Notes: a model not told the origin generated them from the letters alone. 64,000 bases of DNA from Nanobdellota archaeon (GCA_021799085.1 JAJZBD010000006.1:13477-77476), one strand, 5' to 3'; positions 29,451 to 39,464 are shown, counted from the first letter of the stretch. Numbers and translations are program-made.

Positions 29451-29969
29451 TCAGTTCAAAGCCTTCTGTATATAAAGCTTGTAAACAGCTTCCAACGCTT
29501 TTATGTATGCCGGCAAAATCCTTTCCCTTCCGTCCTTAAACTCCTTAAAGCCGTATTCTTTGAAGCTTTCATCTGATGCTAGGTTTGCAAGGAATTCTAC
29601 AATCAATTCACTGTAAACAAACTCTTGCAATAGCTTATTGTCAACTAACATTCCTTCTAGGTACTTAACCCTGTTGTAAAACCTTCCAAAAAGTTTTCTG
29701 TCTACATAATCCCTGTTAGTTTCAAACCAGTATCTAAGGAGCGACTTTCCGCCATTTCTTTCGTTAATGTACCTTACGTCTTCATCTGCTTCCTTAAAGT
29801 CATTGTATCTTTTACCGCTTAAATCGGTAGGATCATAGAAATTGCCATATTCCCGGTAAGCCTTTGAATAGGCCCTAAAAACGCCGTAACCTAGGTTGAA
29901 AAACTGCGCCTTTATCTGCGAACTGGAAAGCAGGGTTTCAAGCTTTTTCATCGTCAAAGGTTTTTCCAT
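29451..29969 (-). CDS. Hypothetical protein, tandem paralog B
   Basis: ATG 29969; LETLLSSSQIKAQFFNLGYGVF and RDYVDRKLFGRFYNRV match the upstream paralog. Confidence 0.75.
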   Translation of the reverse strand: MEKPLTMKKLETLLSSSQIKAQFFNLGYGVFRAYSKAYREYGNFYDPTDLSGKRYNDFKEADEDVRYINERNGGKSLLRYWFETNRDYVDRKLFGRFYNRVKYLEGMLVDNKLLQEFVYSELIVEFLANLASDESFKEYGFKEFKDGRERILPAYIKALEAVYKLYIQKALN

Positions 29970-29970
29970 T

Positions 29971-30498
29971 TTAATCGTTGTTAATCCTGTAAATAAGCTC
30001 AACTACCTTTCCGAAAATCCAGATAAGTTCTTCGTCTTTATCTTTCGGTGTGAACCTTCTTTTTCCAATGTAGAAAAAATCATCTCCCTCTGCCTCCATC
30101 AATGAATCATTGAACTGGGCATTTATGAAATTCCTATAGATAGAATTATATCCGCTTTTCCCGAATTTCTCTAGTATCTTGTTTTTTAACGACATTACCC
30201 TTTCATACTCGTTTCCAAAAACAGCCTTCGGCCTGTAATCCCTAGAATCAGAAAGGTATCTGTACATTATGCCGCGGTAAGCGCTGTTCTTTTCCGATAG
30301 CTCTTCTGCTATCTCGTCAAATTCCTGCTTCTTCTCAGTTGGAAACATTTTCCGTATATTTTCATCGAATTTGCCCTCTTCATACATGTCGGACAAAAAA
30401 GAGAATACGTTGTAGCCCAAAGAATCGACCTGTTTTTTGAATTGGCTCTGTGAAAGAAATATCTCAAGCCTGCCTTCAGCCTTAGGAATGCCTTCCAT
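29971..30498 (-). CDS. Hypothetical protein, tandem paralog A
   Basis: LEIFLSQSQFKKQVDSLGYNVF and RDYRPKAVFGNEYERV. Confidence 0.75.
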   Translation of the reverse strand: MEGIPKAEGRLEIFLSQSQFKKQVDSLGYNVFSFLSDMYEEGKFDENIRKMFPTEKKQEFDEIAEELSEKNSAYRGIMYRYLSDSRDYRPKAVFGNEYERVMSLKNKILEKFGKSGYNSIYRNFINAQFNDSLMEAEGDDFFYIGKRRFTPKDKDEELIWIFGKVVELIYRINND

Positions 30499-30583
30499 CG
30501 ATTATTATATGAATGAACAACGAATAAGTACTTTTTTCTCCGGCTTATTAAACATTTTTATTATAAAACTTCCATTATAAGCA

Positions 30584-31150
30584 GTGAAAAAAGACGTTTT
30601 GATTATAGGTTTGTCTTCCCTTCCGGGAGGGGGAAAGGATTACATAGCTGATATTCTGACAGAAAAATACGGCTTCTACAAGATTTCCCCGGGGGATATA
30701 ATAAGAGAGAAACTTTCAAAGATGAAGAAGGGGAAGATATCAAGGGAAGAGCAGCAAAAGCTCCAAGGCATACTGAGAGAAAAGTATGGAAAAGACTATG
30801 TGATGGAACTCTGCATGAAAAGGATAAAGAGCGTGAAAAAAGACAGAATAGCAATAGCCGGCATACGCTTTCCAAACGACATTAAGTTCTTCAAAAGGCA
30901 GAAGGGAGTAAGATTCTACAACATATTCGTTTACGCTCCTGTAATGGTGAGGTTCAAAAGAACAATGGACAGGAAAAGGATTGACGCCCCTTCATCATAC
31001 AAGGAATTCTTAAAAGGCGACAGAAACGAGAGAAAGATATTCAATTTAAAGGAAACTGAAAAGCTTTCAGATTTCAGGCTTGAAAACAGCGAGAATGACT
31101 CTGCAGAATTAAAAGAAAAGATAAAAAGGATAATTGAAAAAACACTGTAA
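30584..31150 (+). CDS. P-loop NMP-kinase / dephospho-CoA-kinase-like protein
   Basis: SLPGGGKD P-loop, GDIIRE, LREKYG, GIR, RFKR lid. Confidence 0.8.
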   Translation: MKKDVLIIGLSSLPGGGKDYIADILTEKYGFYKISPGDIIREKLSKMKKGKISREEQQKLQGILREKYGKDYVMELCMKRIKSVKKDRIAIAGIRFPNDIKFFKRQKGVRFYNIFVYAPVMVRFKRTMDRKRIDAPSSYKEFLKGDRNERKIFNLKETEKLSDFRLENSENDSAELKEKIKRIIEKTL

Positions 31151-31264
31151 TTCTATAAAAACTAAATCTTTTTTTCCATTCACTTTTTCAACATTTCTAC
31201 GTAATCGGCTAGATTTGAGATAATGTTGAGCATTTATAAAACAAATGTCAAAAAAGACAAAAAT

Positions 31265-31951
31265 TCAATTTTCTTTTCCAACCTTTACAGCTTCTTCTAT
31301 GTTCAGGTATGCTTTTCCTTCGTCTTTTACTACGCTGCTTTTTGTTATCTTTATCGCATAATTGAAATTCGGGCCATCCAAAACAGCTGTCTCGGCTTCT
31401 CCGCCTTCAAAACCGAGGTTAAACCTGTATTTCCTGCTTAGCTCTATGAGCTTTTCCAGGTTTTCTAGGTTTATCTCCCTGCCAAGCCATCTTTCATCCA
31501 AGCCGTCGGCAGAAACTGACACTATAACTGCATAAAAGCCGTCTTTTATCAAGTTTCTAAGGTACTGCTCAACGTTAACGTGCCACAGCGGTGTTATAGA
31601 AACAAGCCGGAGGTCCTTAAGTATAGCATTTATCCTACTATACTGGTATTCGCTTGCAAGTGCGCCACTTACAATTCCTTCTATCCCATATCTTTCTTTA
31701 ATTTCTGATATAAACTCCTTTAGATCCGAAAGCTCTTCTTCTTTTATTCCTTTGGTCTTATGTCTTTCCAGAGGTATTGAAAGAGCATCTGCCTGCATCT
31801 TGAGTAAAGAATCGCCAACAGTGTGAAACATGTATGAGTCCTTGTTTTCCGAGTACATGTTCATTAAACACACTACCTCATTCTCTTTTCCTGCCAAGAA
31901 CGCTGAATACGTTGAGTCTTTTCCGCCGGTAAACAAAGCTCCTAATTTCAT
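31265..31951 (-). CDS. dph6: Diphthine--ammonia ligase (PP-loop)
   Basis: FTGGKDS, DSYMFH, GALASEYQ, PLWH, FEGGEAET-x-VLD. Confidence 0.9.
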   Translation of the reverse strand: MKLGALFTGGKDSTYSAFLAGKENEVVCLMNMYSENKDSYMFHTVGDSLLKMQADALSIPLERHKTKGIKEEELSDLKEFISEIKERYGIEGIVSGALASEYQYSRINAILKDLRLVSITPLWHVNVEQYLRNLIKDGFYAVIVSVSADGLDERWLGREINLENLEKLIELSRKYRFNLGFEGGEAETAVLDGPNFNYAIKITKSSVVKDEGKAYLNIEEAVKVGKEN

Positions 31952-31999
31952 GCAATCACCTAAACTAAGTTATATATTGCTATCCCATTTAATAATTAT

Positions 32000-32560
32000 A
32001 TGATGAAGCAGTTCATGCTTGCCAACGAGAAAGTTATAAGGTCAGAGAAGCCTTCTATACTAGGACAGAAGGAATTCTGGAGAGGCGTGTGGCTTATTGT
32101 TATTTCTATAATAATATTCGCTGCCTTGTCCCTATTTGAACCTAATTATGATCTATCGTTTTCAGCTGCTCTTTCTTATGTTGGGATAAAGAATATTCCT
32201 CTTATTGGCTCTCTGCCCATCATTTCAACTGTTTTAGAGATTATAGGTATAATATATATATTCATTTCTGAGCTACAAGTCTACTTTATAGAATACATAA
32301 TAACCAATTCTAGGGTAATCATACAAAAAGGGGTGATAGCAAAGGACACAAACATAATCCTTCCTTCAAAGATAAGTGATGTTTCCGTTGACATAAGCAT
32401 TTTAGACCGGATTCTTAAGCTGGGAAAAGTTGTCATAAGGCCCGAAGAGCAGGGCCGGCCCAACATCATACTTCGGGGCATACGTGACCCCTACTCCTTT
32501 CAAGGAGCGGTTCTAAAGCTTATCGGCAACGTGACATACCAAAACCCAAATGGAAGCTGA
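32000..32560 (+). CDS. Membrane protein with bacterial PH (bPH_2) domain
   Basis: Two TM helices, then YIITNSRVIIQKGVI...KISDVSVDISILDRIL-x-LG-x-V. Confidence 0.85.
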   Translation: MMKQFMLANEKVIRSEKPSILGQKEFWRGVWLIVISIIIFAALSLFEPNYDLSFSAALSYVGIKNIPLIGSLPIISTVLEIIGIIYIFISELQVYFIEYIITNSRVIIQKGVIAKDTNIILPSKISDVSVDISILDRILKLGKVVIRPEEQGRPNIILRGIRDPYSFQGAVLKLIGNVTYQNPNGS

Positions 32561-33113
32561 GGTTTTAACCAGACAAGCGGGATTCTTCATTTCAGCGCTT
32601 ACTACATTATCGCTGGCTATACTTTCAATTGAATTTATCTTGGATTACAAGCTTTCATTCTTCCCTTTCTCATTTATAATTGTCCTTTACCTTGCGGGCC
32701 TTTACCTAAGAAACCAGTTCTGGAGAAAGGCCTGGAAAAAAGACAGGAAAACGCTTTTCAGGTATTCTTATGTCATTATATGGATTCTTGGGATAGCACT
32801 GCTTCTTATATTTCTCTACTTTGGAAGCAACCAAATTGTCATCTACCCTTTAAGCCACTACGCCCTTAACTTTTATCTGCTCCTTATTGCATTGCTATGG
32901 ACTGTTTATTCTGCCTTGGAACTTTACATGCTTGACAACATAAGCTCGCTGGTAAAATACAGGAATGCAAATTACCTTTCTATAGCTGCAATCCTTCTGA
33001 TTGATCTTTCATTTCTGTTAATGAACCACTTCGTTTACATCCTTCCAATATCTTTGCTACTGCTTTCAATATCGACTTTGATTTCTGGTATACGCCTAAA
33101 AACGATTTATTAA
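32550..33113 (+). CDS. Hypothetical multi-pass membrane protein
   Basis: About 6 hydrophobic segments; overlaps the upstream stop. Confidence 0.7.
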   Translation: MEAEVLTRQAGFFISALTTLSLAILSIEFILDYKLSFFPFSFIIVLYLAGLYLRNQFWRKAWKKDRKTLFRYSYVIIWILGIALLLIFLYFGSNQIVIYPLSHYALNFYLLLIALLWTVYSALELYMLDNISSLVKYRNANYLSIAAILLIDLSFLLMNHFVYILPISLLLLSISTLISGIRLKTIY

Positions 33114-33394
33114 ATAAATGCTGTTAAGAAAAGCAGCGGAAATATTACAACAAACATTATTATTTCCCCTATAAAAAGATACAAAGCCATACTTGACAAG
33201 TACTTATCCTTGTCCTTTTCTATGAAGTAAAGGATTAGGTCTCCAAGCCACCCTAAGATGAAAAGAACGCCAAATATTCTATCCTTGTCGTCTTTGCTTA
33301 CTAAAGAATATATTAGAGCAACGAGTTGGCCTATACCTATAAATCCTAAAAGAATCCAAATCTTACTTGCTTCTTGTTTAGTATTCCAAACCAT
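33110..33394 (-). CDS. Small three-TM membrane protein
   Basis: Three hydrophobic segments separated by KDDKD and KDKDK loops. Confidence 0.65.
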   Translation of the reverse strand: MVWNTKQEASKIWILLGFIGIGQLVALIYSLVSKDDKDRIFGVLFILGWLGDLILYFIEKDKDKYLSSMALYLFIGEIIMFVVIFPLLFLTAFI

Positions 33395-33439
33395 ATGATT
33401 TCTAAGTTATATTAGCTTAAAAGCTTTGTCTTTTAAAAA

Positions 33440-33479
33440 TGCAGAAAATGGAATTTGAACCCCGAAGGCCTAAGCCGCT
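33440..33479 (-). repeat. Decayed duplicate of the tRNA-Leu 3' half (att-like)
   Basis: TGCAGAAAATGGAATTTGAACCCCGAAGGCCTAAGCCGCT matches 34600-34640 at 35 of 41 positions (5 mismatches, 1 gap). Confidence 0.88.
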
Positions 33480-33585
33480 AATCCTTGTATATTACCAAGT
33501 TTTCATCCATTTACACAACAGAATTATCAGACAAGCTTGCAAATAAAATATTTAAAATATGCTGGTATTAAGAGCAGATTGGTAT

Positions 33586-33625
33586 ATGTTAAAGTATTTA
33601 AACATGTGTAAACTATATTTAACAT
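33586..33625 (+). promoter_or_regulatory. Tandem palindromic operator pair abutting the HTH-MNT start
   Basis: ATGTTAA-N6-TAAACAT (33586-33605) then GTGTAAA-N6-TTAACAT (33606-33625), then ATG at 33626. Confidence 0.65.
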
Positions 33626-34150
33626 ATGTTAGATATAATTAACAACTTAACAATGTTTTTTGAAGACAACTACGCAAAGATAAACATAAGACGTTATTCG
33701 CGGTTTATGAAAATATCCCCGCCAACTGCTTCAAAGTTATTAAAAAAATACGAAGAAGAAAACCTACTAGAAAGCTCGAAATATGAAAGATATATCTTTT
33801 TTAACGCTAAACGTGACAGTAAGGATTTTATCGATCTTTCTAGGATATACTGGCGAAATAAGCTAAAAGAGCTAAGCTCATTTTTGATCAGCAAATCTAC
33901 ATCAGAGCCTACTATAGTACTTTTTGGCTCCCTGTCCAAAGCGGAGGTCAAAAAGGATTCAGACGTTGATTTAGCGGTCATCAGTCTAAATAATTTATTA
34001 AGTCAGTTAAAGGACACTGAGCTATCCATTTTTGAAAGAAACATCGGCAGAAAAGTAGAGATATTCAGCTTTAAATCGCTTGAGGAAGCAAGCAAGCTAC
34101 CAATTTGGAAAGCAATATTAAATGGATATATTTTAAGTGGGAGACTATAG
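33626..34150 (+). CDS. wHTH plus minimal nucleotidyltransferase (MNT) antitoxin
   Basis: ISPPTASKLLKKY HTH; IVLFGS...DSDVDLAVI Pol-beta motif. Confidence 0.88.
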   Translation: MLDIINNLTMFFEDNYAKINIRRYSRFMKISPPTASKLLKKYEEENLLESSKYERYIFFNAKRDSKDFIDLSRIYWRNKLKELSSFLISKSTSEPTIVLFGSLSKAEVKKDSDVDLAVISLNNLLSQLKDTELSIFERNIGRKVEIFSFKSLEEASKLPIWKAILNGYILSGRL

Positions 34151-34153
34151 GAT

Positions 34154-34567
34154 ATGGACTGGAAAGAGTGCATTGGTTCTGGTATGGCAAAGGAAATAAC
34201 GCCAGATAAGGAGATGGTAAACTCTCTGTTGTCTTCAGCCGATAAACGAATCAAATCAGTAAATTTATTAAAGACAGACAACATAACAGCAAATTCAAAA
34301 CTTTCGCTAGCTTATGACGCGTTGCGGGAAGTTCTAGAGGCGCTGGCAATAAAGCAGGGGTATAAAGTATACAATCACGAGTGTTACACATGTTTTCTTA
34401 GAGAGCTGTTAAAAGCTAGCTTTGAAGCAGAAGAATTTGATAGTTTAAGAAGGACAAGAAATAAAATAAACTATTATGGAAAGGAACTATCTATTAACGA
34501 GTCTGATGAGCTAGTTAAAAAAATTAAGAGCCTTAGAAATAATATAATTAGAAATTATAAATTATAA
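34154..34567 (+). CDS. HEPN domain toxin
   Basis: AYDALRE...GYK-x-YNHE, RNKINYYG (R-x4-Y variant); 3 bp after the MNT gene. Confidence 0.82.
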   Translation: MDWKECIGSGMAKEITPDKEMVNSLLSSADKRIKSVNLLKTDNITANSKLSLAYDALREVLEALAIKQGYKVYNHECYTCFLRELLKASFEAEEFDSLRRTRNKINYYGKELSINESDELVKKIKSLRNNIIRNYKL

Positions 34568-34599
34568 CATTTTAGCTAATCTACTTTAAAAAGTTAACA

Positions 34600-34684
34600 T
34601 GCAGAGAGGGGGATTTGAACCCCCGAAGGCCTAAGCCACTGGCCCCTGAAGCCAGCACGTTTGACCGAGCTTCGCTATCTCTGC
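34600..34684 (-). tRNA. tRNA-Leu(CAG)
   Basis: Acceptor GCAGAGA/TCTCTGC-A; anticodon arm CTGGC-TTCAGGG-GCCAG; long variable arm; GTTCAAATC. Confidence 0.96.
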
Positions 34685-34806
34685 TTTTTTATATAGAGAG
34701 TTAATCAACGACTCTAAATATATGTTTATATTATTTAGAAAAATCGCTCTGCAGCAGAATAAAAAAATCAAAAAATTATTTATATGATGAGTGAATTTTA
34801 TATAAC

Positions 34807-34854
34807 ATGGCAACAAAGAAAAAAGCAGCTAAAAAAGGAAAAAAGAAGAGGTAA
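34807..34854 (+). CDS. Putative 15-aa Lys-rich micropeptide MATKKKAAKKGKKKR
   Basis: ATG...TAA below the ORF-track cutoff; TTTATAT at 34779-34785 about 25 nt upstream; T-rich tracts downstream. Confidence 0.5.
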   Translation: MATKKKAAKKGKKKR

Positions 34855-35000
34855 GATCTCTTTAATAAACTAAATATTACCGCCAATTCAACCGTTAAAA
34901 CGGTTTAATTCTTCTGATCCTTTTTTAAAAAGAGTTTTTTATTTTTTAAATTTTCATTTTTTTCCTTAAAGTTTATATATTATCCTTTTCTATTCAATAA

Positions 35001-35561
35001 ATGCAGCATTTAGAAAAATTATTAAAGGAAGAAAACGGCACTGCTATAATAGTTTTAGGCGGAAGCAATGAGAGATTCAGGAAAAGGCTGGAGAAGGCAA
35101 TTGAGCTGTATGAAAAGAAAGACAATCCACTTTTGCTTATAGCGGGGCAGGACATACCTTCCGATAAAAATGCAATGGAAATGCTTAAAGACAAGGAATT
35201 CTTGTATGAGAACAAATCTGTTAATACCTACGATAATGCAGTAAACTCATTTGAAATGCTCCGCATTATGAAAGCACAGGATCCTTTTAATTTCTCAAAT
35301 GAAGGCCATGAGAATTACTGCAGAAACTTTTCTAAGGTCATAGTGGTGACAGACACATTGCACATGCCAAGAGCTAAGAGGTATTTTTCCAAGGTATTCA
35401 ATGAAACTTATAATATTTCATTTGTGAATGTGGCAGAAGAAAAGAAGGATTTGTTTAATAAGCTTATCTATGAAGGCATAGGATATCTACTTTCGTTTTT
35501 GCCAAAGGAATACCTTAATTTTGCAAAGTCCGTAAAGCAAAAATACTTCCCAAGGCTTTAA
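35001..35561 (+). CDS. DUF218 (YdcF/SanA/ElyC) family protein
   Basis: AIIVLGG, RLEKAIELY, ENKSVNTYDNA, IVVTDTLHMPRA. Confidence 0.88.
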   Translation: MQHLEKLLKEENGTAIIVLGGSNERFRKRLEKAIELYEKKDNPLLLIAGQDIPSDKNAMEMLKDKEFLYENKSVNTYDNAVNSFEMLRIMKAQDPFNFSNEGHENYCRNFSKVIVVTDTLHMPRAKRYFSKVFNETYNISFVNVAEEKKDLFNKLIYEGIGYLLSFLPKEYLNFAKSVKQKYFPRL

Positions 35562-35635
35562 TGTACAAAACAGCAAGTATAAATAGTATAAGTTACAAAA
35601 TCTAAAAATAACAATATAATAGAAGGTGAATTTAA

Positions 35636-37828
35636 ATGCCTGAAAAAGAGTCTTTAACTGAGAAAGTGATGAGGCTGATGAATCAGCAAGATAGGATCAG
35701 AAATATAGGTGTTATAGCACATGTAGACCACGGTAAGACCACCACGTGTGACACGTTGCTTGCAGGTTGTGGAATGCTTTCTGAAGAAAAGGCGGGGAAA
35801 CAGCTTTACTTGGACTCCGAAAAGATAGAGCAGGAAAGGCAGATGACCGTTAAATCCTCTAATGTTAACATGGTCTATGAAAGAAGCGAAAACGATGAAT
35901 ACCTTATCAACCTTATAGATACGCCTGGACACGTAGATTTTGGTGGGCATGTTACGCGTGCAATAAGGGCAATAGACGGTGCAATAGTTGTGATGGATTC
36001 GGTTGAGGGAGTAATGCCACAGACTGAGATGGTGCTGAAGCAAGCTCTAAGAGACAAAGTGAAACCTATACTATATATTAATAAAATTGACAGACTTATA
36101 ACGGAGATGCGTTTTTCGCCAGAAGAAATGCAGAAGCACTTGGTTAAGCTCATAACTCAGATCAATTCTTTTATAAACGATTTGGCGCCAGATGACGTAA
36201 AAGGAAAATGGCAGGTCGCCGTACAGGATAATACCGTTGCATTCGGTGCATCAAGAGATAACTGGGCATTGTCTTTCAAAAGGATGAAAGACACGGGTTT
36301 GTCATTTAAAGATGTTTATGAGACATACACTTCAAACGACAAGGAAAAAATAAAGGAACTTTCAAAGAAAACGCCTGTCCACAAAGTACTACTTGATATG
36401 GTTATAGAGCATTTACCTAATCCCGTTGAAGCACAGAAGTATAGGATACCTATAGTGTGGCATGGTGAATTAGATAGCGAAGTTGGTAAATCACTGGTAG
36501 CATGTGATCCAAATGGGCCTTTAATGATTTCCGTTACAAACATAGAGATAGATCCACAGGCCGGCGAGATAGCGATAGGAAGAATCTTTTCCGGAAAAAT
36601 TGCCAGGGGGCAGGATGTATATTTAGTAAACAACAAACAAATCAACAAAGTGCAGCAGATTTATATATGGAAGGGCCCGCAGCGTTTTCAGGTAGAAAGC
36701 GCTTTGGCAGGGAACCAGATAGGAATGGCCGGGCTTAAGAACATAATCTCAGGTGAAACGTTAAGCTCTGCCGACAAACAGGACACCACTCCTTTTGAAC
36801 CGATAAAGCATTCCTTGCAGCCGGTAGTTGTAAAGGCCATAGAGCCTAAAAACCCCAAGGACCTGCCTAAACTTATACAGGCTTTGAGAGAGCAGGAAAT
36901 ATATGATATTGCATTAAAAGTTTCAATAAATCATGAAACTGGGGAAAATTTGATTGCTGGTTTAGGCACTTTACACCTAGAGATAGTTGAAGACAAGCTT
37001 AGAAGGACCTACGGAATAGATATAGTCAGTTCACAGCCGATAGTAGTTTACAAAGAAAGCATATCAACAAAAAGCCCGATTGTTGAGGGCAAATCGCCAA
37101 ACAAACATAACCGCTTTTACCTATATGCTGAGCCTTTATCGCAGGAAATTATAGAGGCATTGAACGATGAAAGCATGCCGACTGGAAAGATAAAGGCATT
37201 TACGCCTGAGAACATAGATTTACTGATAAAGGCAGGAATGGAAAGAGATGAGGCAAAGAAAATAGCTGCCATATACGGAGAGAATATGCTAGTAGACGGA
37301 ACAAGGGGTATAATACATATAGGTGAGGTAATAGAGATGTGCATAGAGGCTTTCAATGAAGTTATGAAGGAAGGACCACAGGCAAGAGAAGAAGTGCGTG
37401 GAATAAAAATTGTGTTAACTGATATGGTTTTGCATGAGGATGCAATTCATCGTGGTCCTGCACAGGTTATCCCTGCTGTAAGAGATGCAATAAAGGACGC
37501 TGTTTTGCAAGCAAACCCAATATTATTAGAGCCAATACAGATAATCAGGGTTGACCTACCAATGGCAAACCTTAGCAACGTTAGCGCTTTGATACAGTCC
37601 AAAAGAAGCATAATTGACAATGTAAAGGATGACGGAAGCAAAGCGGTGATAACTGCGGAAATGCCTGTATCTTCTACCTTCAACTTCACAAATGAGCTTA
37701 GATCTGCTACTGAAGGAAGAGGCTCATGGTCTTTGGCAGGCGAAACATTTAGAAGATTGCCAAGAGACATTTACCCTAGTGTTGTGAAACAGATAAGAGA
37801 CAGAAAGGGATTGCCTCCATTGCAGTAA
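35636..37828 (+). CDS. fusA: Translation elongation factor 2
   Basis: AHVDHGKTT, DTPGHVDF, NKID, KSPNKHN, diphthamide loop LHEDAIHRGPAQ. Confidence 0.98.
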   Translation: MPEKESLTEKVMRLMNQQDRIRNIGVIAHVDHGKTTTCDTLLAGCGMLSEEKAGKQLYLDSEKIEQERQMTVKSSNVNMVYERSENDEYLINLIDTPGHVDFGGHVTRAIRAIDGAIVVMDSVEGVMPQTEMVLKQALRDKVKPILYINKIDRLITEMRFSPEEMQKHLVKLITQINSFINDLAPDDVKGKWQVAVQDNTVAFGASRDNWALSFKRMKDTGLSFKDVYETYTSNDKEKIKELSKKTPVHKVLLDMVIEHLPNPVEAQKYRIPIVWHGELDSEVGKSLVACDPNGPLMISVTNIEIDPQAGEIAIGRIFSGKIARGQDVYLVNNKQINKVQQIYIWKGPQRFQVESALAGNQIGMAGLKNIISGETLSSADKQDTTPFEPIKHSLQPVVVKAIEPKNPKDLPKLIQALREQEIYDIALKVSINHETGENLIAGLGTLHLEIVEDKLRRTYGIDIVSSQPIVVYKESISTKSPIVEGKSPNKHNRFYLYAEPLSQEIIEALNDESMPTGKIKAFTPENIDLLIKAGMERDEAKKIAAIYGENMLVDGTRGIIHIGEVIEMCIEAFNEVMKEGPQAREEVRGIKIVLTDMVLHEDAIHRGPAQVIPAVRDAIKDAVLQANPILLEPIQIIRVDLPMANLSNVSALIQSKRSIIDNVKDDGSKAVITAEMPVSSTFNFTNELRSATEGRGSWSLAGETFRRLPRDIYPSVVKQIRDRKGLPPLQ

Positions 37829-37936
37829 TAATTGCGTACATAGTCATTGACTTTAGCTTATTATAGTGTGGCTACTGATTTTTATACTAGTATTTCAAAA
37901 GAAGAATTCTCCATGGATTTTTAAAAGCAAAAATGA

Positions 37937-39409
37937 TTAACTTGTTGCGTTTACAGTATAGGAAGCGCTAGCCCCATTTGTTCCTTGCAGGTAAAGGTCA
38001 TACTGAGTGCCCGGAACGAGTTCCAGCGCCAACAGACCATTACCAAGGTTTATCTCTCCTGAAAAGTTAAGGGTTACAGAGCTACCGGCCTTTAAGCTGT
38101 AACCGAAATTTGCTGGGAGAGAGAAGTTACTGTTCTCCATAACATCATTTGAAAGGCCAGAATAACCATAATTAACGCTTACATCTGTGCTGTTTATCCT
38201 TTGCACGTTTGCGGGACTTATATTTATTGGTAAATTAAACAATCTAAAACCTGAAAAAGGAAGGAAAAGTGTAGCATTCGATGATATGAAAAAGTTTATT
38301 GACCTGCCGGCAACTATTCTGTTTAGAATATTAACCCTATTTTCATTTGCTATTAGGTTCTGATGCATTTCTGTTTCCATTGCATTAAACTGTGATTCTG
38401 CCCTTGATTTTATGTTGCCAAACCTGTTTCTTATACTGTTACCAATAGAAATGTTGTAACCACCAACTCCCAAACTCACGTTTATACTGCTTAGATTTGC
38501 AACCAGCGACTTGTTTAAATTTCCAATTATAGAAGGCATTTCAGATTTAATGACTGAAACCTGATTTTGGAGCTTTGCTCTGTATTCCTTTACTGTTTGT
38601 ATTGTATTTCCTGACAGATTTGCACTGAAATTGAACATTGAAAGCTTAAAGCCATTTACCATTTTTAGCCTTAAATGCTGAAGAACGACACTTTCATTTG
38701 AATTGTCTTTTACTGTTACTGATATCTTTGTGATATTTCCGATTTGCTGCAGGCTTGCACTTGTTATCGTTACATTCGGTCTTTCAGCGAAAAAAGACCT
38801 GTTTATATTTGCAGGTATGTGCTCTACTGCACCAACTGCCCTGTTTGTCAAGCCAGTGGATGACAATGCTAATACTGAAGGAATAAGCATATATTGCGTT
38901 GAATTTGCAGTGTAAACCGTTACTACTGCCGGTGTAAAGTCTAATATTAAGCTTGATGAACTGTTTATCTTGTTGAAGTTTGCAGGGACATTTGCAGTAA
39001 CCACTGGACTTGGAATTTCTACAGAATAGGTAGTTCCGTTTATAGTTATGTTGGCAGAAACCACTGCAAATGCTATTGACTTAATCATTGAATTTACAGG
39101 AAGGTTGGCAGAAGCCAGAACCTTTGAGCTATTAACCAAAGAAAGAAGGTCTATGCTGCCTGAGGAGTTAACACTCGCATAATTAGCCGATCCGTTTGGA
39201 TTGAAGTAAAGTATTTTAAAAGAGGAATAGGAAATGTACAAGCTAGTTGTGTTTGCAGGCACTTCTGCTGGGTCTGTAATTGCGATTGGGACTGCAGTAG
39301 TGCTTGTACTGCTTACTACCTTTGAAACCACACTTGGATGATAAAGCAGAACCCCTGCTATCACTAAAACAACAATTATAACGGCAACTATTGGAATGGC
39401 TTTGTTCAT
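37937..39409 (-). CDS. Secreted/anchored Ser/Asn-rich surface protein with DUF4382-like N-domain
   Basis: N-terminal TM; ITDPAEVP, IDLLSL, LILDFTP; many NxS/T sequons. Confidence 0.75.
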   Translation of the reverse strand: MNKAIPIVAVIIVVLVIAGVLLYHPSVVSKVVSSTSTTAVPIAITDPAEVPANTTSLYISYSSFKILYFNPNGSANYASVNSSGSIDLLSLVNSSKVLASANLPVNSMIKSIAFAVVSANITINGTTYSVEIPSPVVTANVPANFNKINSSSSLILDFTPAVVTVYTANSTQYMLIPSVLALSSTGLTNRAVGAVEHIPANINRSFFAERPNVTITSASLQQIGNITKISVTVKDNSNESVVLQHLRLKMVNGFKLSMFNFSANLSGNTIQTVKEYRAKLQNQVSVIKSEMPSIIGNLNKSLVANLSSINVSLGVGGYNISIGNSIRNRFGNIKSRAESQFNAMETEMHQNLIANENRVNILNRIVAGRSINFFISSNATLFLPFSGFRLFNLPINISPANVQRINSTDVSVNYGYSGLSNDVMENSNFSLPANFGYSLKAGSSVTLNFSGEINLGNGLLALELVPGTQYDLYLQGTNGASASYTVNATS

Positions 39410-39464
39410 AATAATGAAGTAACAAATTAGTTATATATAAATGTTATCCCGAATAAAACTTGAT

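Larger units (their letters stand above)
33440..34640. mobile_element. Minimal tRNA-Leu-integrated islet carrying an MNT/HEPN module (no integrase)
   Basis: Bounded by direct repeats of the tRNA-Leu 3' end; lies downstream of the tRNA 3' end. Confidence 0.7.

Noticed and set aside
34631-34816. 61-aa minus-strand ORF; likewise the plus-strand ORF 55583-55885
   Set aside because: Both overlap tRNA genes and use TTG starts; the tRNAs and the small ORFs described above explain these regions better.
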